Of a stretch of DNA of 64,000 nucleotides, positions 49,801 to 61,689 are shown in pieces; within the stretch, counting starts at the first letter, position 1; every line of letters begins with the position of its first letter. A model generated the notes under the pieces. The model saw nothing but the letters and a program-made list of their open reading frames with translations, ran no database searches and was not told the origin of the DNA. Both the position numbers and the translations under genes were made by a program. Source of the DNA: Okamejei kenojei (Eukaryota); the NCBI GenBank assembly GCA_035221665.1, contig CM069138.1:70308001-70372000 (forward strand), given 5' to 3'.

Positions 49801-50075
49801 ATCACCCATCTTCTCCAACTTCTTTTCTGCTGATCCCTTGATTCCACTTAAGATTAAGCTCACGTCTGTATTGATGATTTCCCGGTCCTTACTGTTAGAC
49901 TTTGGCTATTTCACCAACAGCTTACGTCCTTGCATGTTCTCCACTTTACGAGGTGCCTGGTTGCTTCTTGGACTGTTGCCTGAAACTTCTGCCACATCCC
50001 GTAGGGTGCTGATGCTCTGCAGACTGTCGATTTCTTCCTGCCGCTGAGTTTCATCCGATATTCTGCCAAATTGTT
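46860..50075 (-). mobile_element. HERO/R2-like non-LTR retrotransposon with restriction-like endonuclease (frameshifted)
   Basis: RT motifs FRQINLLNIEGKIFFS, GIMAGCTISP, RAYMDD; C-terminal CSLC..HILTGC zinc finger, WRHNQV, RPDMVLW and VELTVPWE (RLE motifs). Confidence 0.9.
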
Positions 50076-50717
50076 GTATAGGATAGTGAATGTAACACTT
50101 TGCCCCACAATGTTCAAAACTACTTATCATCTCCTCACTAGCAGTACTAGAATTGTAGAGGAATTGTCTTTAAATTTCTTAAAATTTGATGTCATCAAAA
50201 GATCTTTAATTATTTTTCTAATGCAATAGAAGAAGATCGTGAACTAGAAGAGATCAATAGAAAATAAACTACGATTGTCTTTGTGGACCCATGGAAGGAG
50301 CAAGTGCCATTCCCGGCCATGGACCTCCCTTGTACAGGCTCTTTCCCTTTCTATATGACTCTCCAAAATCCCTCTGGCCTGACAGTAACAGAACGGAAAA
50401 TCTATTTTAATGTTGGCTATGGCCTTTATGCTAATGAATTATTCTCTGTCTTCCTGTACTTACTATATTTTTCATTCTATTTATCTATCCTAAATAGAAA
50501 AATATATTTATTTTTAATTAAAGGCAAAGTCACATCACTATTGTAAGCTTTCTTAACTCTAAGCAGGAGGTAATGAACACCCTGATGAAGGGGTGCACAG
50601 AAAGGCAGCACGTGGTTGTTAGTTGACATACCCACAAAGGCATCTCCTGCTACAGGTGATGCCAAAGAACGGAAACAGAGTTTATGGATGAGCAGGACAA
50701 CGCAGAAGAAGACATTT

Positions 50718-50815
50718 GTAGGAAGCAAAGATACTGGTTTAAACCAAAGATAGACATAAAAAACTGGAGTAACTCAGCGGGACTGGCAGCATTTCTGGAG
50801 AGAAGGAATGGGTCT
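50718..50815 (-). repeat. Penelope-derived short repeat
   Basis: ctggagtaactcagcgggactggcagcatttctggagagaaggaatggg. Confidence 0.75.
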
Positions 50816-51389
50816 CTGAAGAGAAGGAAGGAGAAAACATGATTGGCAGTTCAGGCAAAAGCATTATGAAGGCTTTAGCTATGGTAACTACAATGGTTCA
50901 AGCTCTTATTTAAAGATAGGTTAGGACTAGAAAACCATAACCACAATTATACATAGCTTCGATGAGACTATAATTGAAATTGTGATGTTTGGTGGACTGT
51001 GTGTGGTGGGAGGAACCATTGCTCCTCCCGTGCAGCAGATGGCGCTGCACAGGACAAAGGGGGATGNNNNNNNNNNNNNNNNNNNNNNNNNNNNNNNNNN
51101 NNNNNNNNNNNNNNNNNNNNNNNNNNNNNNNNNNNNNNNNNNNNNNNNNNNNNNNNNNNNNNNNNNNNNNNNNNNNNNNNNNNNNNNNNNNNNNNNNNNN
51201 NNNNNNNNNNNNNNTGCCAGCATTGAGTAAAGCATTAAAGACTTCTGTTGTAAATTGCAGACTCTCAAGTTTTGTGCAGATCTGGAAAACGAACACGAAA
51301 GTGGTGTCAGAAATGGGATACTTCGGATTGCGCCAAAGACCCAGATAAGAGCCTATTTTTGATTTTTTGTTAAAATGGAATTCATACTA

Positions 51390-52410
51390 ACATGTCTCGG
51401 CAATTCGATTGTTTCGATCCCGAGTGAGAAAGGTGGTTGTCGTATTTAATGCACGCTGAGTTTTATTTTGAAAGTAAGGCAATTAGGACTGACCAGGGGA
51501 TGAAAGCTCTCATGTGTTCATCAATGTCTTCAGAAACTTTTGCACTGCTTCAAAATTTACTTACAGAAGAAGTAACTGAAGCCTCATTTGCTGAAATCAC
51601 AACGGCTTTGCAGCTGCATTTCAAAGAGTCTAAATTTCCTCGCAGCTCGCCTTGATTTCTACCAGATGGTGCAACAGGAATGGCAATCGATCACCGAATT
51701 TCTTGCCGAACTTCGCACCAAGGCAAAGGCATGTGATTTTAAAACTCAATGCTGCAAAAAGTGCCAAGACAATGCGTTGTGGGATAGACTGGTCATGGGC
51801 TGCAGGCACGCATTCATCCAGCAGGCGATTCACAAGGAATCTGATGCCTCATTGACGAATGTGCTGCACAAAATGGCTGGCGAAACAGCGTCGAAGCTCC
51901 CTCAGGAGGTGCATACAGTTCGTCAGACTCGTCCGCAATACCAGAAACCAGTTGATCGACCCAAAGCAAATCCGGAGAAGGTGGGACAGTTTCAGAAGAG
52001 CTGTTCCCCTCTGCATGGAGGATAAAACCCTGCTACCAGTGCGGCTCGACTGCTCATCATCATCGTGAGTGCCCGTATATCAAGTCCGTTTGTAATGCCT
52101 GTTACCAAAAAATGTAATCTCCAGGCAGTGTGTTAGTCTGTAGGAAAGCTGAGAAAGGGCAAGAAAGCGCAAAACGCAGTCGACCAAACCGCGGAGACCA
52201 TTTCTATTGAAGTGCTCGGGGTGTCTACGATCACCGACAAGCTGAGCGGATCGGATCGCCAAAACTGAAACCGGCCAACATCCACCTTTTCAGATACGGA
52301 CGACAGCCCATTCCCATGAAAGGCAAATGCACTGTTGCCGTTTCCTGTAATGGTATGAAACAGATGTTGCCGCTGATCGTCATTGGTAAAGAAGGTACAT
52401 CCCTGTGCGC
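51390..52410 (+). pseudogene. Gypsy gag (CCHC knuckle) and partial pol remnant
   Basis: QSITEFLAELRTKAKACDF..LWDRLVMG; CYQCGSTAHHHREC knuckle at ~52031-52072; frameshifted. Confidence 0.8.
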
Positions 52411-52473
52411 CATGCTTTCAAGCTTGTCATGAGCACCTTGATCTGCGATGGATCAACGATGGCATTGTCATAG

Positions 52474-53341
52474 TTGGTCACTAGCGGCGCTGCGCTGAAG
52501 GCAGCCTCTGCCTACAGCCTGTTTGTTTTTTCAATCTTTTTTTTATTTTTAGTAAGTTTAAAGTTTGTTTTTGGGGGAAACTTGGACTTTTATATATGGG
52601 GGCGGGAGCAGGGTAAGGAGGAAACTGTTTCTCAGTCGCTTCCAGGCGGGGACGTGATAATATCTCCGAGTCGCATCCTCGCCCCCCCTCTCCTCACGGC
52701 CTACCACCTGGATCGGAGCGGCCTTTCCTGCTGCGGACCGGGAACCGGACCCAATCTGCAACAGCAGTGGCGCGGCGCTGAATTCACCGTAAAGCAGGGA
52801 ATACCTACCTGGATCGCCATTTGGAGCTCCGGAGCGTTGGGCCGCTGCTCCAACATCGCGGGGCTGTTGTGGAGAGCATCCAACGCGGGCAGCACTGACC
52901 ATCATCGCAGAGTCCTGGGACCCTTTGCCGAGGGCCGCCAGCGTTCCATCTCCGCCCAGCGCGGCCAGCGGACTTTGGGAGCCACGGACTCCATAGGAGG
53001 TGGCCGACTGTTGTCCAGGCCGCTGAGGACATCCCCCAGCCCCGACGTCAGACTTACATCACCCTGGCGAGCGGGCCTGAACATCGGGCCTCCAGTAGTG
53101 GCGACTGCGGAGGACTCGGGGAAGCCCTGACCACGGGTGAACATTGGGGAACATTAGAGGGAGATTGTTGACATTGGTGACTTCCCTCACAGTGGGAAAC
53201 TTTGATTCTGCTGTGTGGGGATGTTTTATGTTGAATTCTATTAACTCTGTGTTGTGTTCTTTATTTTCATTGTATGGCTTTATGGTGATTTCATTTCACT
53301 GTGCCAACTGGCAAATGTGACAAATAAATGTATCTTGTGTC
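52474..53341 (+). mobile_element. 868-bp GC-rich non-coding retroelement nested in the Gypsy
   Basis: 9-bp TSD TTGTCATAG (52465-52473, 53342-53350); tail tttcactgtgcc..gtgacaaataaa plus tcttg repeats. Confidence 0.8.
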
Positions 53342-53379
53342 TTGTCATAGACCACGGATTGCAACATGGTCAGCAAGTG

Positions 53380-53645
53380 CGTGAACAACCTGCGAAAACA
53401 GGACGTGGAATGGCACTGGTCCAAAGAGTGTGACCATGCATTCACCAGGTTGAAGGAGATGCTTGTCCAGAAGATGCATTTGGTCCACTATGACACATCA
53501 AAGCTGATCTCGCTGATGCATCGCCATCTGGTCTTGGAGCTGTAATCTCAAAATCGGCGCCGAAGGGCAAGGAAGAACCAATCGCGTTCCTATCCAAATC
53601 GTTGATGACCGCCAAGAAACACTACAGCCAAGTGGAGAAAGAACA
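53380..53645 (+). pseudogene. Gypsy RT/RNase H connection remnant
   Basis: LRKQDVEWHWSKECDHAFTRLKEML..LVHYD, ADASPSGLGAVI, YSQVEKE. Confidence 0.8.
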
Positions 53646-54746
53646 GCGTACAGATAAAGCAAATACTGATATCTCTTCAAAAGAGAACACTGAGGAAAAC
53701 TCTGTTGATTCTGAGCCTTTAGCAAGAGTTGTGAAACGCAAAAAAAAGGCTGGAAAAAGAGTAAAGCGAGGTCCAGCTAAATGGAGACGTCCAAACTGGA
53801 AAGGAGGAACGTGATGTTTGGTGGACTATGTGGGGTGGGAGGACCCGTTGCTCCTCCCATGCAGCAGGAGGCGCTGCACAGGACAAAGGGAGGTGTTTTG
53901 TATATAGTTCTCTCCTGTCTGTGTGTGTGCGGTTTAATAAAGCATTAAAGACTTCTGTTGTAAATTGAAGACTCTCACGTTTTGTGCAGACCTAGAAAAC
54001 GAACTCAAACAAAATCATATGTATAATTTGGTGTCCTCATCTAAAAAGGGGAATAATTTTTGTACATGGTGCAGGAAAGGTTTGATTTCAGACAAACAAG
54101 AGGAAATTGAGGCGAGGATTTAAGAAAGGTGAGCTCATTAAAACATATAAAAATTCTAAGAGCTCAATAGTACCAAATTGAAGAGCATGTTTCCCCATGT
54201 TTCAGAAGACTAAAACTTGGAATCACAATCTCAAACTAAGGGATAGGCAATTTTTGATCAATCAGATCAAAAATGGTGCATCTTAGGTCTTCTTATCCTC
54301 AGAGGCTGTGGTGGTTGCTGACATTCATAAAGTCATAGAGTCATAAAGTGATACAGTGTGGAAACAGGCTCTTCGGCCCAACTTGCCCGCACTGGCCAAC
54401 AATGTCCCAGCTACACTAGTCCCACTTCCCTGCGCTTGGTCCAAATCCCTCCAAACCTGTCTTTCCATGCACCTGTCTAACTGTTTCAAAAAACAATAGG
54501 ATAGACCCTGCCCCAACTACCTCCTCTGGCATCTTGTTCCATGCACCCACCACCCTTTGTGTGAAAAAGTTACCCAGCAGATTCCTATTAAATATTTTCC
54601 CCTTTACCTTAAATCTATGTCCGCTGGTCCTCGATTCGCCTACTCTGGGCATCTACCCAATCTATTCCTCTGTTGATTTTATACACCTCTATAAGGTCAC
54701 CCCCTCGTCCTCCTGCGCTTCAAGCCTACTCAATCTCTGTCTATAG

Positions 54747-54888
54747 TTTCTTTTTCTTCTTCTTTCGTGTGGCGTGCACAGCCTAAAGTTGTAGGACTTG
54801 TTCTATTTGATCTTCCGTTTGTGCACGTCGAATTGATTGCATTAGTCGAAACAGGGCAGACCACGTGAAGGTTGTAATCTTCCACCCC
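54747..54888 (-). mobile_element. HDV-ribozyme-headed short retroelement (copy 3)
   Basis: rc homologue of 4682-4825; flanked by ctatag at 54741-54746 and 54893-54898 inside a CR1. Confidence 0.85.
54835..54888 (-). ncRNA. Minimal HDV-like ribozyme (J4/2 CTAA variant)
   Basis: GGGGTGG-AA-GATTACA-ACC-TTCACGT-GGT-CTGCCCT-G-TTTCGA-CTAA-TGCAATC; one P2 mismatch; catalytic-position C at 54845. Confidence 0.75.
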
Positions 54889-55645
54889 ATGCCTATAGCT
54901 CAAACCCTCTAATCCTGGCAACATCCTCGTAAATCTTCTTTGTACCCTGTGGAGGTCACTGCTGATGAAGAGGGAAAAATGTTCAAAGAAAAATTAGGGA
55001 TAATGATGAAACGAGGCAACTATTTTCCACAACTTAACATGACAACTGACTTAATCTGGAATTAACTAAAACCACAATAAGACTCAACATTAAAGAAGCA
55101 TTTCCAAGAATAGAGAACCAATCTAATCATGTCACTCGTTAAACATTCATGGGTTATATTTAATAGAAATAAAATCACATATAAGCTTGAAAAAAGATCC
55201 CAAGAGAGGACTTCCATTTTATTTACTAAGTATTCCATTTTCTAGTGATATTTTGCTGTTTAAGAGGGATGACTTCATATTTGTGCAACGATATAAAGTA
55301 TGTAAATTATCTGAATTACTCTACTGTTGACTCTTCACACTGTGCATTCATTCTGGACCATTTTCTACCCACAGCATTTACAGTCTAGTTTAGGGGTGAG
55401 GATCTTTGGGATCCTCAACACCTCAACTTCCCTCAGAAGAAGGAAGAGTGCATAGGAGATCTGAAATTTTCCCTAAAGACAATAGTAATATATATATTTT
55501 ATATAGCCTCTTCTAGTTCATGATCCTCCTCCCATTATCCATGCAATGATTTCCCCATTCAGACTGATGGTAGAATGGTACGCTGATCCCTTCCCTCAGA
55601 TATAAAAGGCTGCCTGCTCAAAAAAAACGTTATAACATGATTATA

Positions 55646-55943
55646 GGGTGGCAGAGTGACGATGCTGCTGGTAGAGCTGTTGCCTCACAGCACCAGAGGC
55701 CGGGTTCAATCTTAACCTCGCGTGCTGTCTGTGTGGAGTTTCCACAGTCTCCCTGTGATCGCGTGGGTTTCCTCTGAGTGCTCTAGTTTCCTCCCACATC
55801 CCAAAGATGTGTGAGCCTGCAGGTGAATCGCCTCCAGTGTGTAGAGATTTGATGCAAAAGTGGGATAACGTAGACCTTGAGTAAACGGGGGATCAATAGT
55901 CAGCATAAACTGCAACTGGCCAAAGGGCCAGTTTCCATGCTGT
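55646..55943 (+). mobile_element. V-SINE/HE1-like SINE (older)
   Basis: ggtagagctgttgcctcacagcaccagag..gggttcaatc..tttcctcccacatcccaaag. Confidence 0.8.
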
Positions 55944-55977
55944 GCCTGCAGCACCCACACAGAAATTGGCAGGTTAG

Positions 55978-56033
55978 ACATGATTCACAAATTCAGTAAA
56001 TTATTCACATGATTCACAAATTCAGTAAATTAT
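55978..56033. repeat. 29-bp tandem duplication
   Basis: acatgattcacaaattcagtaaattat(tc) twice. Confidence 0.9.
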
Positions 56034-56804
56034 ATTTTCGGAGAATCGTGATATTGCGCCTCAATTAAATTTCTTTCTCTCAACTTTAATTAAACTGTAT
56101 TTTTTTATTACCGAGATATTTTCATCCATAGAGCTTTTCCTAAATTTCAATAGATGACCAAGTGCAGAATTAATTTTCGGCTCAGAGGTCAGTCACATTG
56201 CACAAAAGGATGTCTTCTTCGTAAAGTATTTGCACCAGCTCTGTGACAGGGATATCCATGTAGTGCAATGTGCTTTCCTTACCCCATAGCAATGCAATTA
56301 CTTTCTATCAATTAGTTATTCATTTCTCTTGTATTATTGAATCTCCATCCACCATCTTTTCAGGTTGTGCTTTTCAGATCACAAGTTACTGTGGTAAAAA
56401 AAACATGTTGTTCCTTCTGCCACTAAAAATAGTCCTTTTAAATTTCATCTATCAAAACCATTCATAATTTTCTCCCTTAACCTGTTTTTTTTAATACAAG
56501 TGTCCCAATTTGTCATCAAGGTGTCTGCCCAGCACCCGTGGCACCTTTTCTGGTGAGTCCAAGTTTTTGCCCAGAAATAAAACCCCTTCAGTTATGATCT
56601 AACCACAGAACTCTATAAACATAAATCATAACTTGTTTGCTTGTGTATTAGAAGAACCTTCCCTGCTATTATAGCAATTATTCCTGTTGCCTTTGCAGAC
56701 CTGTTGATTTGGATGACCCATATTCCCCCTAACCCGCCTCTCTTTCTCTCCATTATCCAGAGAGATTAAGCTTTCGTCCATCCATCCATCTTTCATTCCT
56801 GTCT

Positions 56805-59224
56805 TCTTCTTCTTAAGCCCTTTACTGCTCTAGGGAGCATAGGCCATTGACAACTGTTCTCCACCTCACTCGGTTGTTGGCAGTTCTTTCGAGATCTCCC
56901 CAGTTGAGCCTACTCTCAGACATTTCTGTCTGTTCACCTCTTCTCCAGCTGTTCCAGGGGCGACCTCTTTTCCTTTTTCCTTGGGGGTTCCATTTCAGGG
57001 CTTGCCGGGTGATGTTTGTGGCAGGTTTCCTGAGGGTGTGTCCAATCCAACTCAATTTTCTCCTTTGAATTTATAAGTCAATGGTCTCCTGGCTTGTTCT
57101 TTTCCACAGGTCCACATTGCTTACTTTGTCTCTCCACCAGATGTTAAGTATTCTCCTAAGGCAGGTGTTAATGAATGTTTGCAGCCTGTTCGTAGTGTGT
57201 TTTGATGTTTTCCATGTCTGTGATCGATACAGGATCACCTGTTTTGCATTTGAGTTAAAGATGCGTATTTTGGTGTTGATTGAGATGTGTTTTGAGCTCC
57301 AGGTATTCCTGAGCATGTTAAACACCACCCTAGCCTTATTGATTCTACTTTTTATGTCTGCCTCGGCCCCTCCGGTGATGTCCACAACACTACCTAAGTA
57401 TGTGAATGTTTCTACCTCCTCTAGAGCAGTGCTGTGCATAAGGATAGGGTTGCCGGTTTTGGAGTGGATCCTCATCTCTTGTGTCTTTGCTGTATTGGGT
57501 GTAAGACCAAGTTTTGGTGCAGCTTGTGAGAGTCTATCCGTCTTCTCCTGCATTTGTATCTGTGTGTGTGAAAGGAGAGCTATATCATCTGCAAAGTCAA
57601 GATCATCTAGCTGCTCCCACATTGTCCACTGAATTCCATTTCTTTACCCTTCCGTTGTTTCCATCATGATCCAATCAATTGCCAGGAGGAACAGGAATGG
57701 TGACAATAGAATTTCCCTGCTTGATGCCCGTCCTGACACTAAAGCGCTGGGAGAGCTGGCCTGCATGCATAACTTTGCATGAGGTTCCATTATACGAGTT
57801 CTTGATTAAGTTTATGATCTTGGTGGGAATTCCATAGTGGTCCATGAGGCGCCATAGTGTTGTCCTGTCTAAGCTGTCAAACGCTTTCTCAAAGTCGATG
57901 AAGTTGATTTACGTGTTCCATTCAATAGACTGCTCAATGATGATGCATAATGTTACTATATGGTCTGTGCACGAGCGATCCTTCCTGAATCCTGCTTGCT
58001 GGTCCCGTGGCCTCTTGTCTACAGCTTCCTGAAGACGGTTGAGGATGACCCGGTTGAGAATTTTACTGGGTACAGAAAGTAGGGCGATCCCTCGGTAGTT
58101 GTCACATTTTCTTAGGTCACCTTTTTATGGCAGTTTCATGATGCATCCCTCTGCCCATTCTGTGGGTGTCTTTTCCTCTTCCCAAAGTCTCCCAAATAAG
58201 CCATAGAGCATGTCTATTGTTGAGTCTATGTCTACTTTCAGGGCTTCAGGTGGAATATTATCAGGGCCAGCAGCCTTGCCAGTTTTCTGTTGCTTTATTG
58301 CAGCTGTGTGTCTGTACAGCCAGTGGTGGCCTGTTTAGGACTTCTTCAAAATGTTCTACCCATCTGTCGACTGCGCCTCATGGGTTGAAAGCAGTTCACC
58401 ATTCTTGTCTGTAATTGGTTTATTGCAGATATGTCCCGGATAATTTCCTTGTGATGGTATATAACTCCCTCATCTTCCTTTGAGTCGCCGCAATTTCTGC
58501 CTCTTTGGCTAGTCTCTCCACCTATGTTCTTTTGTCCCTCCTGATGTTCTTTCGCACTTCTTCGTGGCATCTGTTGTACTCCTTTTGGGCTAAAGCCTTT
58601 TCTGCTCTTGTTCTTGTTCACTTTCTCATTTAACTTTCTCCTCTGTTGGATTGAGTTGAGGGTTTCTGGTGTTATCCACGCTTTGTGCTTTGGGGTCCTT
58701 CTCCCTAGGGCCTCCTGACAGGATGAGCTCCAAGCAGCTTTTAGGTGTTCCCACTCCTCATTTATTGTCCATCCTTCCTTCCTCCTCCACTGTAGCTCTG
58801 TGTTTTCCCTTGAGAGGGTATCCTGGAACTTCTTCACCACTTGAGCACTACTGAGGTATTCAATGTTGTATTTTGCTCTTTGGCTTTCGGCTTGGTGGTG
58901 TCTCTTCAGCCTTAGCTTGAATTTCCCTACCAGGAGCTGGTGGTCTGAAGCTGCATCTGCTCCACTTCTTGTTCTGACATCTTCCATGGACCTTCTGAAC
59001 TTTTTTACAGATACAAATGTGGTCAATTTGATTTTCAGTGACATGATCTGATGACACCCAAGTTGTTTTGTAGATTGATTTTATGAGGGGATACCCTACC
59101 CCCAATCACCAGGTTATTGTTAACACAGGTCTCAGCAAACATCTCACCATGTTCATTCATTTCCCCCACTCCATGCTTTCCCATTACTGCCTTATATCCC
59201 TCATTTTGGTCTCCAACCTTAGCG
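56805..59224 (-). mobile_element. RTE-clade LINE, 5'-truncated
   Basis: APE motif ENQIDHICI, RT QLDDLDFADDIALLSH, C-terminal WIGHTLRKP..WNPQGKRKRGRP; tail TAAGAAGAAGAAG; 13-bp TSD TTCATTCCTGTCT (56792-56804, 59225-59237). Confidence 0.92.
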
Positions 59225-59237
59225 TTCATTCCTGTCT

Positions 59238-59490
59238 AGACATGAAAGCTGGAGCAACAGCGAGACACGAAGCATCTCTGGAGGAATGGGTGATACTTTG
59301 GGTCGAGACCCTTCTTCATTCCTGTCCTCCCTGCATTCCAGTCACTTCCTCCATGTCTGATGAATGGTCCTGACCCAAAATATCACCTATCCATGTATCC
59401 CAGAGATGCTGCCTGTCTCGCTGAGCTTCAGAACTTCAGAACTTCATGTCTATTTTCATAAACCAGCATCTGCAGTTCCTTGTTCCTACT
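59238..59490. repeat. Inverted pair of Penelope-derived repeats
   Basis: rc copy 59238-59318 and forward copy from ctgatgaatggtcctgaccc at ~59357. Confidence 0.75.
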
Positions 59491-59729
59491 TCCTCTGTGA
59501 GCTCTTTCACGTTCTTTATTTCTTTTTTGTTAACAGATTTTCTTGATTCCATCCCAAGCCTGTTTTTCAACCCAATGATGCAAGCTGCCATCCACTTGAT
59601 TGGTCCATGTAATTTTTAAATCTGTTGTACCCACATGATATCATGATACTTTTTCTCCAGATGCCTCCCCATTTAGACATGATCCATTTCATTTTCCAGA
59701 AGGTCTTGAAACAAGTGTTCAAGGAACAA

Positions 59730-60108
59730 TGTGTATAAAATCATGAGAGGAATATATCAGGTAGACGCACAGCGTCTCTTGCCAAGAGTAGGTGATTCGA
59801 GGAACACAGGACGTAGGTTTAAGGTGAAGGGGAAAAGATTCAATAGGAATCTGAGAGGTTACCTTCTTACACAAATGGTGGCAGATGTATGAAACAAGCT
59901 GTCAGAGAGGTAGTTGAGGCTGGGACTATCCCAACATTTTAGAAACAGTTGGACAGGTACATGGATAGGACAGGTTTGGAGGGATGTGGACCAAACATGG
60001 GCAGGTGGGACTGGTGTAGCTGGGATTTGTTGGCCGGTGTGGGCAAGCTGGGCAGAAGGGCCTGTTTTTTTTTGGATTTTTTAGACACACTGTATCACTC
60101 TATGACTC
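59730..60108 (+). mobile_element. CR1 3' fragment
   Basis: aggtttaaggtgaaggggaaaagatt...ctctatgactc. Confidence 0.85.
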
Positions 60109-60864
60109 TTTATGTCAATGAAAGTTGCCTGAAAGCTTTTCAGAATTCCTTCTCCTCTTGACCTTCACGTGTTTTAGAATTCCACTCTATATTAGAATCA
60201 TCGCAGTCCTTGATATCATTCATCTTTAGTATTTGTATCTTTCTGTAATTTGCCTGCTCATTTGCTCCTACTCACAATAGTATACATATAATAATGTAAT
60301 ATTCCCTCTATTGTTCTTGGCTTCTAACTAAATAAATTCTGTCTTCAGCTCAAAACTACATAATCCCTTTCCAGGGGTGATTTCTGAAATTAAATTCTGG
60401 TCTGAAGCTGAAACTATTGGTTTTGAAATAATTAATATTTGAGTGTAAAGAAACTCTGCTATTTGAGCCTGTGTCACATCATCTTTGAAACAATGCCAGA
60501 GTCCCCAATTATCAGGAAATTAATCATTTATTTAAGTATCACAGTTTTGCAGCTGCTCTTTCAGACAATTGCATGAGTGATGTGCATACATGTCATTTGG
60601 ATTGCTATCAAACACATGGACGTGCTAATTCAACCCCTCCTACCTATTTAAAATGTTGTTTTGAATTCACCTCCAGTGTATCTTACCCAATCCTGTTAAA
60701 GGCTCGGGGCACTGCAGTCGAAGATGCTAAATCATTGTGGTCCAGACTCAAACCACACACATTGAGCATAACTCAGCAGCAAGATAAAAGGAACAAATCA
60801 AAGGAACCCCAATTGGAGCTTCCAATTGGAGAGACCCAGAAGGACCCCGATATGTTAAAAAAAA

Positions 60865-60938
60865 AACACAAAGTACTGGAGTAACTCAGCAGGTCAGGCA
60901 GCATCTCTGGAGAACATGGATCGGTGATGTTTCGGGTT
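60865..60938 (-). repeat. Penelope-derived short repeat
   Basis: ggagtaactcagcaggtcaggcagcatctctggagaacatggatcggtgatgtttcggg. Confidence 0.75.
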
Positions 60939-61332
60939 AGTTTTACTCTTCTTTTAGTTTAGATTTGTTTATTGTCGCGCGTACCGAAATACAATGAAGA
61001 GCTTTTTTGTTGCGTTCAAACGTAATGTTATTTTCATAACATCAATCTGGATACATACAGTGAAATACGCCTCCATGTACCTTTATACAGGATAAAAATT
61101 CCTTTTGGTACAATAGGGAAGAACAATTAGAATATGGATTTTATTAAATGTTTTTCAATTTCTATCATTTTTTAAAATCTGTTTATTATTACAGCAAAAA
61201 CAGAATCAACAAAATTATGTCAAAGAGAATTGGATAGATGCAATGTGTGAAGATGCAACTTGTGCAAGATGTGAAAACAATGTAGAAGAATGTGACTGTC
61301 GGGATAGCTGTTCCAGCAGCTGTTTCCCTTTC

Positions 61333-61427
61333 TCAGTCTGAAGAAGGATCTCAACTCGAACCCTGTTCCTTTTCTCCAGAGATGCTGCCTGACTGGCTGA
61401 GTTACTCCAGCTTTTTATGTCTATCTG
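61333..61427 (+). repeat. Penelope-derived short repeat
   Basis: cagtctgaagaaggatctc...ccagagatgctgcctgactggctgagttactccagc. Confidence 0.75.
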
Positions 61428-61689
61428 CTGCTGGGGGAGACCCAATGAACTGAATGACTCCCTTATCTGCTGGAGCAATCCTTTGACTCTGTGATTTCAT
61501 CAGTGGAGTTCCTTCAACATGATCAAACAACAAGTATCAAAAAAGTGACTGGTTCATTTTGCATAGCAAGCTCATTTTTGAATGATTTCTGGAATAGGTT
61601 GGTTCATTTGTACTAAATATGAAATTTGAATCAATAGGTATCTTCATAGCTAATAAAACAGAACCTTCGGTCCGATCAGCTTTCCTGAG

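Larger units (their letters stand above)
50981..54011 (+). mobile_element. Ty3/Gypsy LTR retrotransposon, internally deleted, both LTRs present
   Basis: LTRs 50981-~51300 (contains the N gap) and 53810-54011; 4-bp TSD AAAT; PBS TGGTGTCAGAAATGGGAT at 51302 (tRNA-Leu type); PPT ggaaaggaggaa before the 3' LTR. Confidence 0.9.
54330..54948 (-). mobile_element. CR1 3' fragment interrupted by the ribozyme element
   Basis: SRTSGHRFKVKGKIFNRNLLGNFFTQRVVGAWN; tail ctctatgactttatga. Confidence 0.88.

Noticed and set aside
52474-53130. 218-aa ORF
   Set aside because: Lies wholly within a GC-rich TSD-flanked insertion, has no recognisable domain, and ORFs occur on both strands as expected from high GC
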